DNA from: Waterburya sp.
GTDB lineage: Bacteria > Cyanobacteriota > Cyanobacteriia > Cyanobacteriales > Xenococcaceae
NCBI GenBank assembly: GCA_965217895.1
Contig: CBDCJV010000002.1
Span: forward strand, 4,288,001-4,352,000
Length of the DNA stretch: 64,000 nucleotides
Reading direction: 5' to 3'
Shown: one piece after another, positions 42,865 to 53,230 of the stretch
Numbering within the stretch: position 1 is the first letter of the stretch
Layout: every line of letters begins with the position of its first letter
The notes under the pieces: generated by a model
Seen by the model: the letters and a program-made list of their open reading frames with translations, nothing else
The model's database searches: none
What the model was told of the DNA's origin: nothing
Made by a program: the position numbers and the translations under genes

Positions 42865-42931
42865 AAAAAGCTAAGAGCTAATAGCTACAAACCAAAACAT
42901 TCTGTACATCATACTTCAAATCAGCAACGCC
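42865..42931. repeat. Right half of the 37855-37975 MITE family
   Basis: Shared aaaagctaa..tagctac and tcatacttcaaatcagcaacgcc. Confidence 0.7.
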
Positions 42932-42934
42932 GAA

Positions 42935-44038
42935 TTAACCAACTGCATTAGAATAGCTTTCCGATTCAGATTCAGACTGGGGTTTGGCAAAAATCATTCT
43001 GCCTGCGGAGGTTTGTAAAGAAGATGTGACTACTGCCTGTATCTCTCCACCGACAAAATCACTCCCTTCTTCTACTACTACCATAGTGCCATCTTCTAAA
43101 TAGCCAATCCCTTGTTCTGGTTCTTTTCCTTGCTTAAGTATTTTAAGCTCTAGATTATCTCCAGGAAGATAAACAGGACGTAATGAGCGAGCAAGATCGT
43201 TAATGTTGAGAATTTGTACCTTTTGTAGATTAGCAACTTTACTAAGGTTGTAGTCGTTGGTCAAAAGAGTACCGCTAATTTCTTGGGTTAATTTGACTAG
43301 CTTGGCATCAACCGTATCTATATCCTCATAATCAGCCTGATTAATCACAATGCGATTAGGATAGTTTTCCTGCATCTGATTAAGAATATCTAAACCTCGT
43401 CTACCGCGAATCCGCTTTTGGGAGTTGCTAGCATCAGCCAGATTTTGTAATTCTTGCAGCACAAACTGAGGAATAAGTATCTGCCCTTCTAAAAAACCAG
43501 TTTTAAGCAGTTCTTCCACCCTGCCGTCGATGATACAGCTAGTATCGAGAACTTTGGTAGGCATAGCTTCTAAAGTTCCTTCAGCTACCAGCATTGATTC
43601 AATACTATTGGGATTAATCAAGCGTAAAAAAGTTCGTCCATGAGTATCAGCTAAACTAATACCTAAATAAGAGAACATGACGCTACCTAATACCGCTACA
43701 GTGGGTTTAAAGAAGCTTAGTTCTTTGGGTATGGGTAATAAGAACATCGGTGCCAGCATTAAGTTGGCTACCAGTAAACCCATAACTAGCCCGATCGCTC
43801 TGGTAATGATAATCTCAATTTTAGTGTTGCGAATCTGCTGCTCTAGACGACGATAGGTAGTCTGTACGGCGACTCCAATGCCCAGACCAATTATGGCAGC
43901 AAAGCCAGCAATCACGAAGCGCAAGGCTTCGATATTTGATACCCCTTGCAAGATATCAGGAGGAAGCAACTGTAACCCATCAAATCCGATGTTTACGGCA
44001 GCGATAATGCAAATGATAATTATGATGGCATCAACCAT
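42935..44038 (-). CDS. PIN/TRAM domain membrane protein (YacL-like)
   Basis: 4 TM; VLDTSCIIDGR, RGRRGLDIL, TNDYNL, GYLEDGTMVVVE, QTSAGRMIFA. Confidence 0.92.
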   Translation of the reverse strand: MVDAIIIIICIIAAVNIGFDGLQLLPPDILQGVSNIEALRFVIAGFAAIIGLGIGVAVQTTYRRLEQQIRNTKIEIIITRAIGLVMGLLVANLMLAPMFLLPIPKELSFFKPTVAVLGSVMFSYLGISLADTHGRTFLRLINPNSIESMLVAEGTLEAMPTKVLDTSCIIDGRVEELLKTGFLEGQILIPQFVLQELQNLADASNSQKRIRGRRGLDILNQMQENYPNRIVINQADYEDIDTVDAKLVKLTQEISGTLLTNDYNLSKVANLQKVQILNINDLARSLRPVYLPGDNLELKILKQGKEPEQGIGYLEDGTMVVVEEGSDFVGGEIQAVVTSSLQTSAGRMIFAKPQSESESESYSNAVG

Positions 44039-44249
44039 TGTCTTAGTTGAATATTATGATAAAGATGTATTTCTTCTTTACTGTAATAAATTCTCGGTAA
44101 TAGTGTAAAAAATTGGAGGGAGTTCTTAATATTGTCAAATTAATTTTACTAAGAGAATTTAGCTTGAAAATTAAGCTATATATACGTTTTCGATCTGAAT
44201 TAGCAATATCAATAATTTCTCAAGAACTATACTCAAGATAATTATTCAG

Positions 44250-45536
44250 GTGTTGAAATATTTAGTAATGGCTAAAAATAGATCTTTAACCAGACTTAAT
44301 TTAAATCCTAATTTAGTAACCACTGTCTTAGATCTAGCTCCTACTGCTGCTTATATTCATATCCCTTTTTGTCGTCGTCGCTGCTTTTACTGCGATTTTC
44401 CGATTTCAGTAGTGGGAAATTCGGGGGGGAAATCCGCATTTACAATGGTAGAGGAATATATTGCTGCCTTAATCAAAGATATTCAACTAACACCATCAAC
44501 CGAAGAACCTTTACAAACAGTTTTTTTTGGTGGTGGCACACCTTCTTTATTATCTCCACAGCAGCTAACACAAATTATACAGGCGATCGCGTCTCATTTT
44601 GGTATTGCTGATAACGCGGAGGTATCAATGGAAATCGACCCAGGTACTTTTGATCGCGATCGGTTATTAGGATATTTAGAAGCAGGGCTAAATCGCTTTA
44701 GCTTGGGAGTACAGACTTTTGATGAGGAGTTGCTTAAAGTTTGTGGACGTTCTCATACTTTAGCTGATGCAATGCAATCTATAGAAATAATCAAACAGCT
44801 AGAAATTGATAACTTCAGCTTAGATTTAATTTCAGGTTTACCCCATCAAACCTTAGAACATTGTCTGAAATCCCTAGAAATGGCGATCGCGATCGCGCCT
44901 AAGCATCTTTCCTGTTACGATCTAGTACTTGAACCAGTCACCGCCTTTGGTAAACAATATCAGCCAGGAAAAACTCCTTTACCTAATGATGATGACGCTG
45001 CCGAGATGTATCGGCTGACACAAGCAACTTTAACCAAGGCAGGATACCAGCACTACGAGATATCCAATTATGCTCAACCAGGTTATCAGTGTGGTCATAA
45101 TCGAGTGTATTGGGAAAATAAACCTTATTATGGCTTTGGTATGGGTGCAGCTAGCTATGTTGCAGGGAAAAGATTTTCTCGCCCTAAAACTCGCCGAGAA
45201 TACTATGCTTGGCTAGAAGCAGGAGCAATTATTGATGCGCCAGAAATATCTGCCACAGACTATGTACTCGAAACTTTAATGCTAGGTTTGCGTTTAGCAG
45301 AAGGTATTGATTTAGAACAATTTGAACCAGATATCTCAAAAAAAATCTGGTCTTGCATCAAGCCATATTATCGTCAGGGATGGATAGAAATATTAGATAA
45401 ACAAGAACAGTTGATTAATTTAAAAGATCGAAATTCACTATATCCTCCGCTGCAGGGTAAATTGCGCCTCAACGATCCTGAAGGATTTCTCTTTTCCAAT
45501 ACTGTTCTTGCTACCCTATTTGAAAAATTAGCATAA
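44250..45536 (+). CDS. hemW: Radical SAM heme chaperone HemW (HemN-like)
   Basis: YIHIPFCRRRCFYCDF, FGGGTPS, YEISNY, HNRVYW. Confidence 0.92.
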   Translation: MLKYLVMAKNRSLTRLNLNPNLVTTVLDLAPTAAYIHIPFCRRRCFYCDFPISVVGNSGGKSAFTMVEEYIAALIKDIQLTPSTEEPLQTVFFGGGTPSLLSPQQLTQIIQAIASHFGIADNAEVSMEIDPGTFDRDRLLGYLEAGLNRFSLGVQTFDEELLKVCGRSHTLADAMQSIEIIKQLEIDNFSLDLISGLPHQTLEHCLKSLEMAIAIAPKHLSCYDLVLEPVTAFGKQYQPGKTPLPNDDDAAEMYRLTQATLTKAGYQHYEISNYAQPGYQCGHNRVYWENKPYYGFGMGAASYVAGKRFSRPKTRREYYAWLEAGAIIDAPEISATDYVLETLMLGLRLAEGIDLEQFEPDISKKIWSCIKPYYRQGWIEILDKQEQLINLKDRNSLYPPLQGKLRLNDPEGFLFSNTVLATLFEKLA

Positions 45537-45688
45537 ATCCTCTAGTCGCCCTTTTTTAATTTTGTCGAACTCACGTGAACGTAAGCAAATTACGTCCCAA
45601 AGTTTATAGTATTTAGTCAAAAACGGTAGAGAAATACCTGAGTGAGCTAGGATTTAGTATGACGTATGGTTTAATCGAGAATTAATCA

Positions 45689-46195
45689 ATGAATTATCTA
45701 ATTGCTGTTTTACCCGATCGCTTCCAAGCCGAAGAAGCTTATACAGCGTTAGAAAAGGCAGGTATTCCCTTGAATAAGATTGCGATCGCCGGCAGAGGCT
45801 ACAAAACTGCCGATGAGCTTGGCTTTATCGATCCTATGAGGCAAGCTAAGAATCGTGCCACCTTTATGGCATATTGGCTTGTTCCTTTTGGTTTTATTGG
45901 TGGATATGTGTTTAACCTGATCGCGGGATTAGACAATTTAGATTGGGCGGGAGAACCAGGAAATCATATAGTAGGCGGTATTTTGGGTGCTATTGGTGGT
46001 GCTATGGGCAGCGTTTTTGTGGGTGGTGGTGTTGGTTGGGCAATGGATACAAAAAGTGACACCGTTCCTTATCGTGACTATTTAGATGCTAATAAATATT
46101 TAGTCTTAGTTGAAGATTTGGGTGGTTTGAGCGATCGCGCTCTTCCTATCTTACGGAAACTATCCCCTGAAAATATTGAAAGTTACCAAGCTTGA
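45689..46195 (+). CDS. Conserved cyanobacterial membrane hypothetical protein
   Basis: MNYLIAVLPDR..AEEAYTALEK, GYKTADE, WLVPFGF; glycine-rich TMs. Confidence 0.78.
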   Translation: MNYLIAVLPDRFQAEEAYTALEKAGIPLNKIAIAGRGYKTADELGFIDPMRQAKNRATFMAYWLVPFGFIGGYVFNLIAGLDNLDWAGEPGNHIVGGILGAIGGAMGSVFVGGGVGWAMDTKSDTVPYRDYLDANKYLVLVEDLGGLSDRALPILRKLSPENIESYQA

Positions 46196-46286
46196 CTGGT
46201 TAAAAATAATCGGTTATTTTATGGTTACTTAATGCTATAAAAGCCAATCAAGATTTTTGCCAGTAATATAATAAAAGTCAAATGTA

Positions 46287-46925
46287 ATGAAAAATAATTC
46301 AAGCAGACGACTAGTTATCATCGGTATCCTCTTGTTATCTACAACTGCTTTAATTTTAGCTGGGGCCTTGAACAGTTTTTATAGCGAGAATGTTGCCCCA
46401 GACGAAAAAAATTCTCAAAAGACGGCGCAAGATTACAATCCCTATGAAAAGTCTAATAGAGAAGACGAGCAGAAGATTATCTCCGTCCCGCCTCCAGCAG
46501 CAGGTAGCGGTAGGGTAGAAATTAATAATGATTTTAAAGAAGGGATTCCTACTGGTACATATTCAAATCCACCTAAAACTATTAAATCTTTAGGAGGTTC
46601 GAGTCTTTCCCCAGAAAGTCCTTTGAGAGATAATAATTCTAGCGTTGAAAGAAATAAATCAATTGGAGAAAACATGGCTGCTGAAAATGCTCAGTCAATG
46701 ACTCCCAACTATAGTCAGCCATCCTCTAGTAATAATTTTAATAGTTCAAGCTCAAATAGTCTGGTTAGTCCGTTAGAAAATAGTTCATCAGGTAGTAGTC
46801 TGACTAGTCCGCTAGGAGATAATTCCTCTGTAGAAATTCCGAGCAGTCAAGAAAAGTCAAAGTCTAATACTATAACGCCTTCTCCTCTTGGACAGTCTTC
46901 TTCAGGACTGTCTCCCTCACGGTAG
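46287..46925 (+). CDS. Membrane-anchored Ser/Pro-rich hypothetical protein
   Basis: N-terminal TM followed by low-complexity sequence with repeated SL(V/T)SPL(E/G)(N/D)(S/N)SS. Confidence 0.6.
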   Translation: MKNNSSRRLVIIGILLLSTTALILAGALNSFYSENVAPDEKNSQKTAQDYNPYEKSNREDEQKIISVPPPAAGSGRVEINNDFKEGIPTGTYSNPPKTIKSLGGSSLSPESPLRDNNSSVERNKSIGENMAAENAQSMTPNYSQPSSSNNFNSSSSNSLVSPLENSSSGSSLTSPLGDNSSVEIPSSQEKSKSNTITPSPLGQSSSGLSPSR

Positions 46926-46957
46926 TCTTTTTAAATTTAGCTGAAAAAATACAGTTG

Positions 46958-48262
46958 CTAAAAAATATCTGAGTTTTTAAACAAGTAACCAATTAAATAT
47001 AAAGAGCCGCACAAAACAATTAAGGGTTCTGTTGCTGAGTTATTAGCAGAATCAACTGCCAGATCCAAAGCAGGGAAAACACTGTCGTAAGTTTTACAGT
47101 TACTTAAATGGGGACAAACCTGTTGAGCTATTGATGCCAGTTTTGCAGGTTCAGCACTGCTATGATCGGGGACGGGAACTAAATATAGTTCGTCTTGAGG
47201 TTTTAAAAGTACTTCAAATATGTCTTCGTGGTCTTTGGTAACTAGCATACCCATAACCCAAATTACAGACTGGTTTAAAGTATCAATATAGCTTCTAAGA
47301 GCGATCGCAGCAGCAGAATTATGCGCCCCGTCAATTAACAGGGGATGATTTTTCCAGGTTGTCCACTGTAGTCTGCCTAGCCAACGGGTTTTATTCATTC
47401 CCGTTTGAATCGCCAGTTCAGGAATATACCAACCCTGCTGCTGTAAAATTTTAATCGTGGCGATCGCGATCGCCGAATTACTTAACTGCACTTTTCCCAA
47501 TAGGGGCAAGGGATATTTAATATCTTGGTATTTTGCCCAGCGAGCATCAGTTTGTGCTGGTAGATTAATTTCTTGGGCTGGCTCAATCCAGGCGATCGGC
47601 GCGTTTAATTCTCGCGCTTTTTCCACTACTACTTGTTTAGCTTCAGGGGGAAGTTGACCAACAACAGCAGGGCAATTTGCTTTAAGCACTCCTGCTTTTT
47701 CTCTGGCAATATCAGCTACAGTAGGACCAAGACGCTGCCAATGCTCTTTGCTTAGGGAAGTAATAATACTAACTAAAGGGCGATCGCTAACATTAGTAGC
47801 ATCGAGTCTACCACCTAACCCTACTTCCATTACGGCAATGTCCACCTGTGATTTAGCAAAATAAAGCCAAGCTGCTGCGGTAATTACTTCAAATTGAGTT
47901 GGGCTTTGGGAGTCAGGGTCAATAGCCTGTTCAACCTCTTGTAGCACTTCAACTAAATCGGGTGTACTTATTTCTTGCTCATTAAGACAAATCCTTTCAG
48001 TCCAGTTTACTAAATGAGGGGAAATATACCGTCCGACTCGATAACCACTTTCCGTCAAAATCGAAGACAGATAAGCGCATACAGATCCCTTGCCATTTGT
48101 TCCTGCAACATGAATAATCGGTACTTTAGCTTGTGGATTTCCTAGAGCAGCCAGTAGTTTTTCAATTCTAGTTAAACCCAGATTTACGCCAAAACGTTGA
48201 AAAGGTTCTAAAAGAGAACTAACTGTATCTTCTTTGACTGGCATGATCTTGACTCTGTTCAA
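46958..48262 (-). CDS. folC: Folylpolyglutamate synthase/dihydrofolate synthase
   Basis: HVAGTNGKGS, SPHL, EVGLGGRLDATN, DGAHN, GSLYLIG. Confidence 0.96.
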   Translation of the reverse strand: MNRVKIMPVKEDTVSSLLEPFQRFGVNLGLTRIEKLLAALGNPQAKVPIIHVAGTNGKGSVCAYLSSILTESGYRVGRYISPHLVNWTERICLNEQEISTPDLVEVLQEVEQAIDPDSQSPTQFEVITAAAWLYFAKSQVDIAVMEVGLGGRLDATNVSDRPLVSIITSLSKEHWQRLGPTVADIAREKAGVLKANCPAVVGQLPPEAKQVVVEKARELNAPIAWIEPAQEINLPAQTDARWAKYQDIKYPLPLLGKVQLSNSAIAIATIKILQQQGWYIPELAIQTGMNKTRWLGRLQWTTWKNHPLLIDGAHNSAAAIALRSYIDTLNQSVIWVMGMLVTKDHEDIFEVLLKPQDELYLVPVPDHSSAEPAKLASIAQQVCPHLSNCKTYDSVFPALDLAVDSANNSATEPLIVLCGSLYLIGYLFKNSDIF

Positions 48263-48450
48263 ATCATTACATCAATTATCATAAGCCAAACTGGAAACCT
48301 AAACTTTAAAGTAAAAAGTAAAAAGTAAAAAGTAGTAATTTGACCAAATGTCTTGACGTTCGTACGTAATGCTATAAAAAATAATTGGCACTCGACAATC
48401 ATTAAACTGATTCTAGAACACCAATTATTAAATTTTGCTTAACTTTTATT

Positions 48451-48707
48451 TAAACCCCGTCTGTCAAACGAAAACCGTAGTTTTTGAATCGGAGATTGAG
48501 CTAGTCACAGATTACTCCGCCACGTCCCGCATGAAGCTGTTCCTAAACGGAACAGCACGGGGACTTCTAAACGGACGGAGCCTGCTGTGACCGTTGGTCA
48601 AACAGCAGGATATAATTTCTACTTGCTACTTGCTACTTGCTACTTGCTACTTGCTACTTACGAACAGTCAACTTAAAAACTCCTGGTTTCAAACTGGATG
48701 TGGTTTA
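48451..48707 (-). mobile_element. MITE-like element, copy 2, with a 45-bp extra hairpin segment and two extra heptamers
   Basis: Reverse complement aligns with 26565-26762 except for 48522-48566 and the (TACTTGC) copy number. Confidence 0.88.
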
Positions 48708-48920
48708 AATAGCTACTATTTCTAATGATTTGTTAGCTGTAATTGCAGCTTGGAGAGAAGAAGTATTAATTTGAACTGTGTTTTTTTGGCTGTTTTTTCT
48801 TTTATTATCTAGGTTGGGCATCTCTAATCGGCAATGATTGCAAAACCAAAAACTACGCCGATTGCTTAAGTGGAGCAACATGGAAGTGGAGCAACAAGGG
48901 CAAGAACTATTGTTATTCAT
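48705..48920 (-). CDS. Small zinc-ribbon-like hypothetical protein
   Basis: CPCC...WFCNHCRLEMP. Confidence 0.7.
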   Translation of the reverse strand: MNNNSSCPCCSTSMLLHLSNRRSFWFCNHCRLEMPNLDNKRKNSQKNTVQINTSSLQAAITANKSLEIVAI

Positions 48921-49201
48921 GATTTTTATTTACGGTAATACAATTGAACAAAAAAATATTTAAAACTTTGTCTGTTTGTTGATACTTATATTTCTATATA
49001 AATAACAGTTTATTAATGTCAGCAAATCATCAAAATAGGCGACACTTATATCAACAAACCCTAACCTTACTCTAAAATCACTGCTATTTAGAAAAGGTAA
49101 ATATTAAGAGAATCTAAAGAAAAATAAGATTTGTTTACTCTCTTTTTTTCTTATTCCAATATTGGATCGGATAAATAAAATAATCTGTGTTTTCGATCAC
49201 T

Positions 49202-51823
49202 TTATCGCCCTGAACTACGAAAAATAATTACTGTACTATCTGCGTGTCTAGCGATCGCTTCGGGAATATTTCCTTTAACTACATTTTGCAGTAATCCTTC
49301 ATTACTTGCTCCCAAAATAACTAAGCCATATTTTTTACGTTTAGTTAAATTGATAATCGCATCTGATACTGAGTAAGCAGAAATTGATAAAAGTATGACT
49401 GGGCAATTCATCGCCTTGCGAACTAACTTCGCAGCCTTGTGAAAGTCAGGGGTGGGAGGTTGGGTTTGATCGCGAGGAAATACTTGGCATAGCTGTAATT
49501 TGGGCGGGAGAGAATCCAAGGTAGCTAAAGCAGGTAAAATGGTCAACAATTTATTAAGGCGATCGCCTCCTGTTGTCGGAATTAGCCACTTGTGTCGTAA
49601 ATAAAGTTCTTTAGGGAAGGCATGGGCAGACGCACCCAGTTTCACCAACATCAAATCGCAGGGTGCTTGTTGAATTACAGAGTCAACTAAATTACTAAAG
49701 ATCGATTCAATTCCCGAAGTTTTGCCCTTCCAGCCCATTATTAGTAAATCAATATGTTCTCTGCCGATAGTTTCTAAGATTGCTTCACTCACGTCGGTAG
49801 CTACACGAATTTGTGTATGCACAGAGATAGCTGATTTTTCGCCCCAGGTTTCCAAGTCTTTCATCAACTGACGATAATTATCTGTTTCTACTTCAGCTTG
49901 GGCAGGATGCAGATGTTGAGGAACACAGATCACTGCCACACACTCTATTTCATATTGATGATAAAGAGCGATCGCCCCAGCAATTTCTAGCAGTGGCGCA
50001 ATATTTTGGGGATTAGCAATAGGTAATAAAATTCTGCCCTTACCTATGGCAGGAGAGCGAGTTTGATAAACTACATAGGAAGGCTCAAATCTGGCTCGTG
50101 GTTGATGATCGTAGTTTAGCTGTTTGGCTTCGGCTTTAATAATATCGCTGAGGGTGATTATGCCCAAAAGCTTTGACCCTTCTGTTACGGGCAAACGAGA
50201 TAGCTGGTAGCGGTTTAGCAGGTAGAGAACATCAGCCAAAGAAGTTTGGGCGCTAACCGTAATTGGCCCTGAAGTCATAATATCCTTGAGTAAACTAGAC
50301 TCGGTTTGTTTACTATCCTTGGGAATATCTGACTGGGTAATCATGCCCACCAGCTTACCTTCTTCTACCACAGGAAAACCACGGTGATGCGATCGCGACA
50401 TGGTTTTAATTACCTCTGGCAAAGCAAGATTACTAGCTAAAGTTTCCACCCGTGACTGCATTACGTCATTGGCGGTAAGCTGGTTCATAAAGTCGTTTTG
50501 GGGATGTTCTTCTGTTAGCTCAATGCCACTGGCTAGAAGCAAGTGTTCATATAAAGAACCTTGGGAGACACTTTCGGCGACTATATATGCTACTGCTGAA
50601 GTGATCATCAAAGGTAAAACCAAATTAAAATCCGCCGTCATCTCAAAGATAATCACAATTGCCGTAATGGGGACTCTGACAACTGCGGTAAAAAAAGCTC
50701 CCATGCCAGCCAAAGCAAAAGTATAGGGAGATTCTGAACCAATCAAAGCTACCTCCACAATCCCAACTAAATATCCTAAAGCCGAACCCAAAACTAAAGC
50801 AGGGGAAAACAAGCCTCCTGGCGCTCCCGCACTATATGCCAAAATTACCAGACAGAATTGGGCGACGAATATCAACACGGTAGTTTGCCAGGTAAATTGA
50901 CCTACTATCAGTAATTCTCGCAAACCTGCATTATCATGAAAAAATGGTGGTAGCCAAGCCCCTATTATTCCTGAAATCAATCCTGCTAAACCAATACGTA
51001 AAGGCACAGGCAAAGGTAAACCACGGCTAAACTTTATCCCTTTAATAATTGAGCGGTTAAAAATACCCCCTAAAATACCCGCTAGGATACCTAAGACAAT
51101 ATAAAAAGGAATTTCTTGAACAGCAAAGCTGCCCCGACGGGTAGAATCTAGTACCGCTAAAGGAACATTAAGATCGGCAGAACCCAAGACGCGAGAGACA
51201 ACCGCCCCAGTAAATGATGCTGCGATCGCTGTTTCTAAAGTCAAACCAGATATATCTCGCATCAACTCTTCGACGACAAATAATACCCCAGCAATAGGAG
51301 TATTAAAGCCTGCTGCTAACCCCGCTGCTGCCCCTGCTGCAATCATTTGACGGCGGTTTGTGGGGGAGTTAGGAATCCAACGACTAACCTGCGCCCCTAA
51401 AGCAGCCCCGATATGGACTGTAGGACCTCGACGACCTAAAGTAAAACCGCCACCGATAATCAAAATAGTTGCCACAGTCTTAACTAAAGCTGTTCGCAAA
51501 TTTAAGACAATGGGATACTTAGCTAACGCTGCCTTTACCTGGGGAATACCGCCACCCGCAGCCGAAGGTGACAATAGTTCAATTACGACTCCTGCCAAAG
51601 TGCCTAAAATTAATCCCACCAAAGGCAAGACAATTTTTGCCCCATATAAATTGGCTGTCTGAATGCGCCATCCCCCCAACCAGCTAATACCCTGCTTGAG
51701 TAATACTGCTGCTAGGGCAGAAAATAATCCAATTAGACAAGCTTCAATTAGAGCGTAACGAGTGTCTAAAGAGCTACTTGCTAACCAAGGAGAGTTGCGC
51801 CAGTTGGCAAGCAGCTTTTTCAT
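49202..51823 (-). CDS. ClC chloride channel/antiporter with CBS pair and USP domains
   Basis: GGGIP, LGRRGPTVHIG, GGLFSP, IFEMT; two CBS domains; two USP-like C-terminal domains. Confidence 0.92.
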   Translation of the reverse strand: MKKLLANWRNSPWLASSSLDTRYALIEACLIGLFSALAAVLLKQGISWLGGWRIQTANLYGAKIVLPLVGLILGTLAGVVIELLSPSAAGGGIPQVKAALAKYPIVLNLRTALVKTVATILIIGGGFTLGRRGPTVHIGAALGAQVSRWIPNSPTNRRQMIAAGAAAGLAAGFNTPIAGVLFVVEELMRDISGLTLETAIAASFTGAVVSRVLGSADLNVPLAVLDSTRRGSFAVQEIPFYIVLGILAGILGGIFNRSIIKGIKFSRGLPLPVPLRIGLAGLISGIIGAWLPPFFHDNAGLRELLIVGQFTWQTTVLIFVAQFCLVILAYSAGAPGGLFSPALVLGSALGYLVGIVEVALIGSESPYTFALAGMGAFFTAVVRVPITAIVIIFEMTADFNLVLPLMITSAVAYIVAESVSQGSLYEHLLLASGIELTEEHPQNDFMNQLTANDVMQSRVETLASNLALPEVIKTMSRSHHRGFPVVEEGKLVGMITQSDIPKDSKQTESSLLKDIMTSGPITVSAQTSLADVLYLLNRYQLSRLPVTEGSKLLGIITLSDIIKAEAKQLNYDHQPRARFEPSYVVYQTRSPAIGKGRILLPIANPQNIAPLLEIAGAIALYHQYEIECVAVICVPQHLHPAQAEVETDNYRQLMKDLETWGEKSAISVHTQIRVATDVSEAILETIGREHIDLLIMGWKGKTSGIESIFSNLVDSVIQQAPCDLMLVKLGASAHAFPKELYLRHKWLIPTTGGDRLNKLLTILPALATLDSLPPKLQLCQVFPRDQTQPPTPDFHKAAKLVRKAMNCPVILLSISAYSVSDAIINLTKRKKYGLVILGASNEGLLQNVVKGNIPEAIARHADSTVIIFRSSGR

Positions 51824-51951
51824 TTTTGATTAAACTAAAACCTATATTATTGCTATCTCTATCCTAAACTGCCCTTGGCTGATTATTTAGCGGTAATTTT
51901 TACTATTTTCCAAAGATATAATAAATTAACTCGGTTAAATCGATCTTTCTT

Positions 51952-52533
51952 ATGGTTGCAATTACTCGCAAAAAATTTAAATTTACCGTCGATGAATATC
52001 ATCGCTTAATAGATTGGGGCTTCTTTGTTGGAAACGACAGAGTTGAATTAATAAGGGGCGAAATAATTAAAATGTCACCTAAAAGAACACCTCATTCTGT
52101 TTGTAATTCTCTGCTGCTCAAAGAATTAATTCTATCTTTGGGCGATCGCGCTAATATTAGAGGACAAGAGCCAATTATCATCCCTCCCGATAGTGAACCT
52201 GAACCAGATCTAGTTATAGCCACCAAAAAAGACAATAACTATTTATCATCCCATCCTCTTGCTGCGGATATTTTACTATTGATAGAGATTGCCGACTCTA
52301 CTTTAAAATATGACCGAGAAACAAAATTATCTCTTTACGCAGAAGCAGGAATAAGTAACTACTGGATCTTTAATCTGGTCGATAATAATCTTGAAGTTTA
52401 TAGTCAACCTTTTCAAGACAATAAAGGTCAATTTGGTTATCGTTCCAAACAAATTATCTTATCAAACGAAACAATTAATCTTCCTGATTTTAATGACGTT
52501 AATTTAGATTTGTCTAAAGTATTTCCTGAATAA
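51952..52533 (+). CDS. Uma2 (DUF820) family endonuclease
   Basis: FTVDEYHRL, VELIRGEI, SEPEPD, LLIEIADST, YAEAGISNYWI. Confidence 0.9.
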   Translation: MVAITRKKFKFTVDEYHRLIDWGFFVGNDRVELIRGEIIKMSPKRTPHSVCNSLLLKELILSLGDRANIRGQEPIIIPPDSEPEPDLVIATKKDNNYLSSHPLAADILLLIEIADSTLKYDRETKLSLYAEAGISNYWIFNLVDNNLEVYSQPFQDNKGQFGYRSKQIILSNETINLPDFNDVNLDLSKVFPE

Positions 52534-52557
52534 AAAATCATGGTTGCGATCGCTTTA

Positions 52558-53004
52558 TCACTCTAAATCATCATTTAAGATTTGCTCAAGAGAATAAGGA
52601 CACTCAAGAGGCATATCGGCTATTTTCGATTTAAGTACTGCTTCTTTTCTGGCTCTATTATAAATAGTTTCTAATTCTTGTTCTGCGTAGTTTTTTAAAG
52701 TCTTAGAATCTAAATATTGCGACAGTTCAAACCTAAAGTTACTAATTTCTTCTAACCAACCTCGACCACTGCATTCCCTTTCTGAATGCCAATAATTGTA
52801 GAGTAACAAGTGTTTGATTAGTTGCTTCAGAAAGCTAACAACCGCCCGTTTTTCACTCCTACCCAAATCTTTTATTTCCTCGATTAAATTTTCCCAATCT
52901 AATTGATTCAATTTGCGTGCCTTTAAAAGTTCTGTAGTTTTTTCTAACCACAGAAAATAATCTTGCTCGTATAGTTGGCTTAATTCTGATGTCTGAATGT
53001 TCAC
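52558..53004 (-). CDS. DUF29 family protein
   Basis: LYEQDYFLW, LDWENLIEEIKDLGRSE, HLL, CPYSLEQIL. Confidence 0.9.
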   Translation of the reverse strand: MNIQTSELSQLYEQDYFLWLEKTTELLKARKLNQLDWENLIEEIKDLGRSEKRAVVSFLKQLIKHLLLYNYWHSERECSGRGWLEEISNFRFELSQYLDSKTLKNYAEQELETIYNRARKEAVLKSKIADMPLECPYSLEQILNDDLE

Positions 53005-53230
53005 CTAATATTTTACGGATTTGTTGGATGGGTATTAGTATTTGAAATTATAAGTCATTTTATATTTAATTATACTTGCTTACTTGTTACTTGACATGAT
53101 AATGTATACATAGTGGAAAATTATGTGCAAAGCGACCTTGCACTGTTAAGATGCAGTTGCGTTTTAAAAAAACAGCATTGCTGAATCTAGCTGTTAGTGA
53201 ATTTATAATAAACATTGCCACAGGGAAGTT

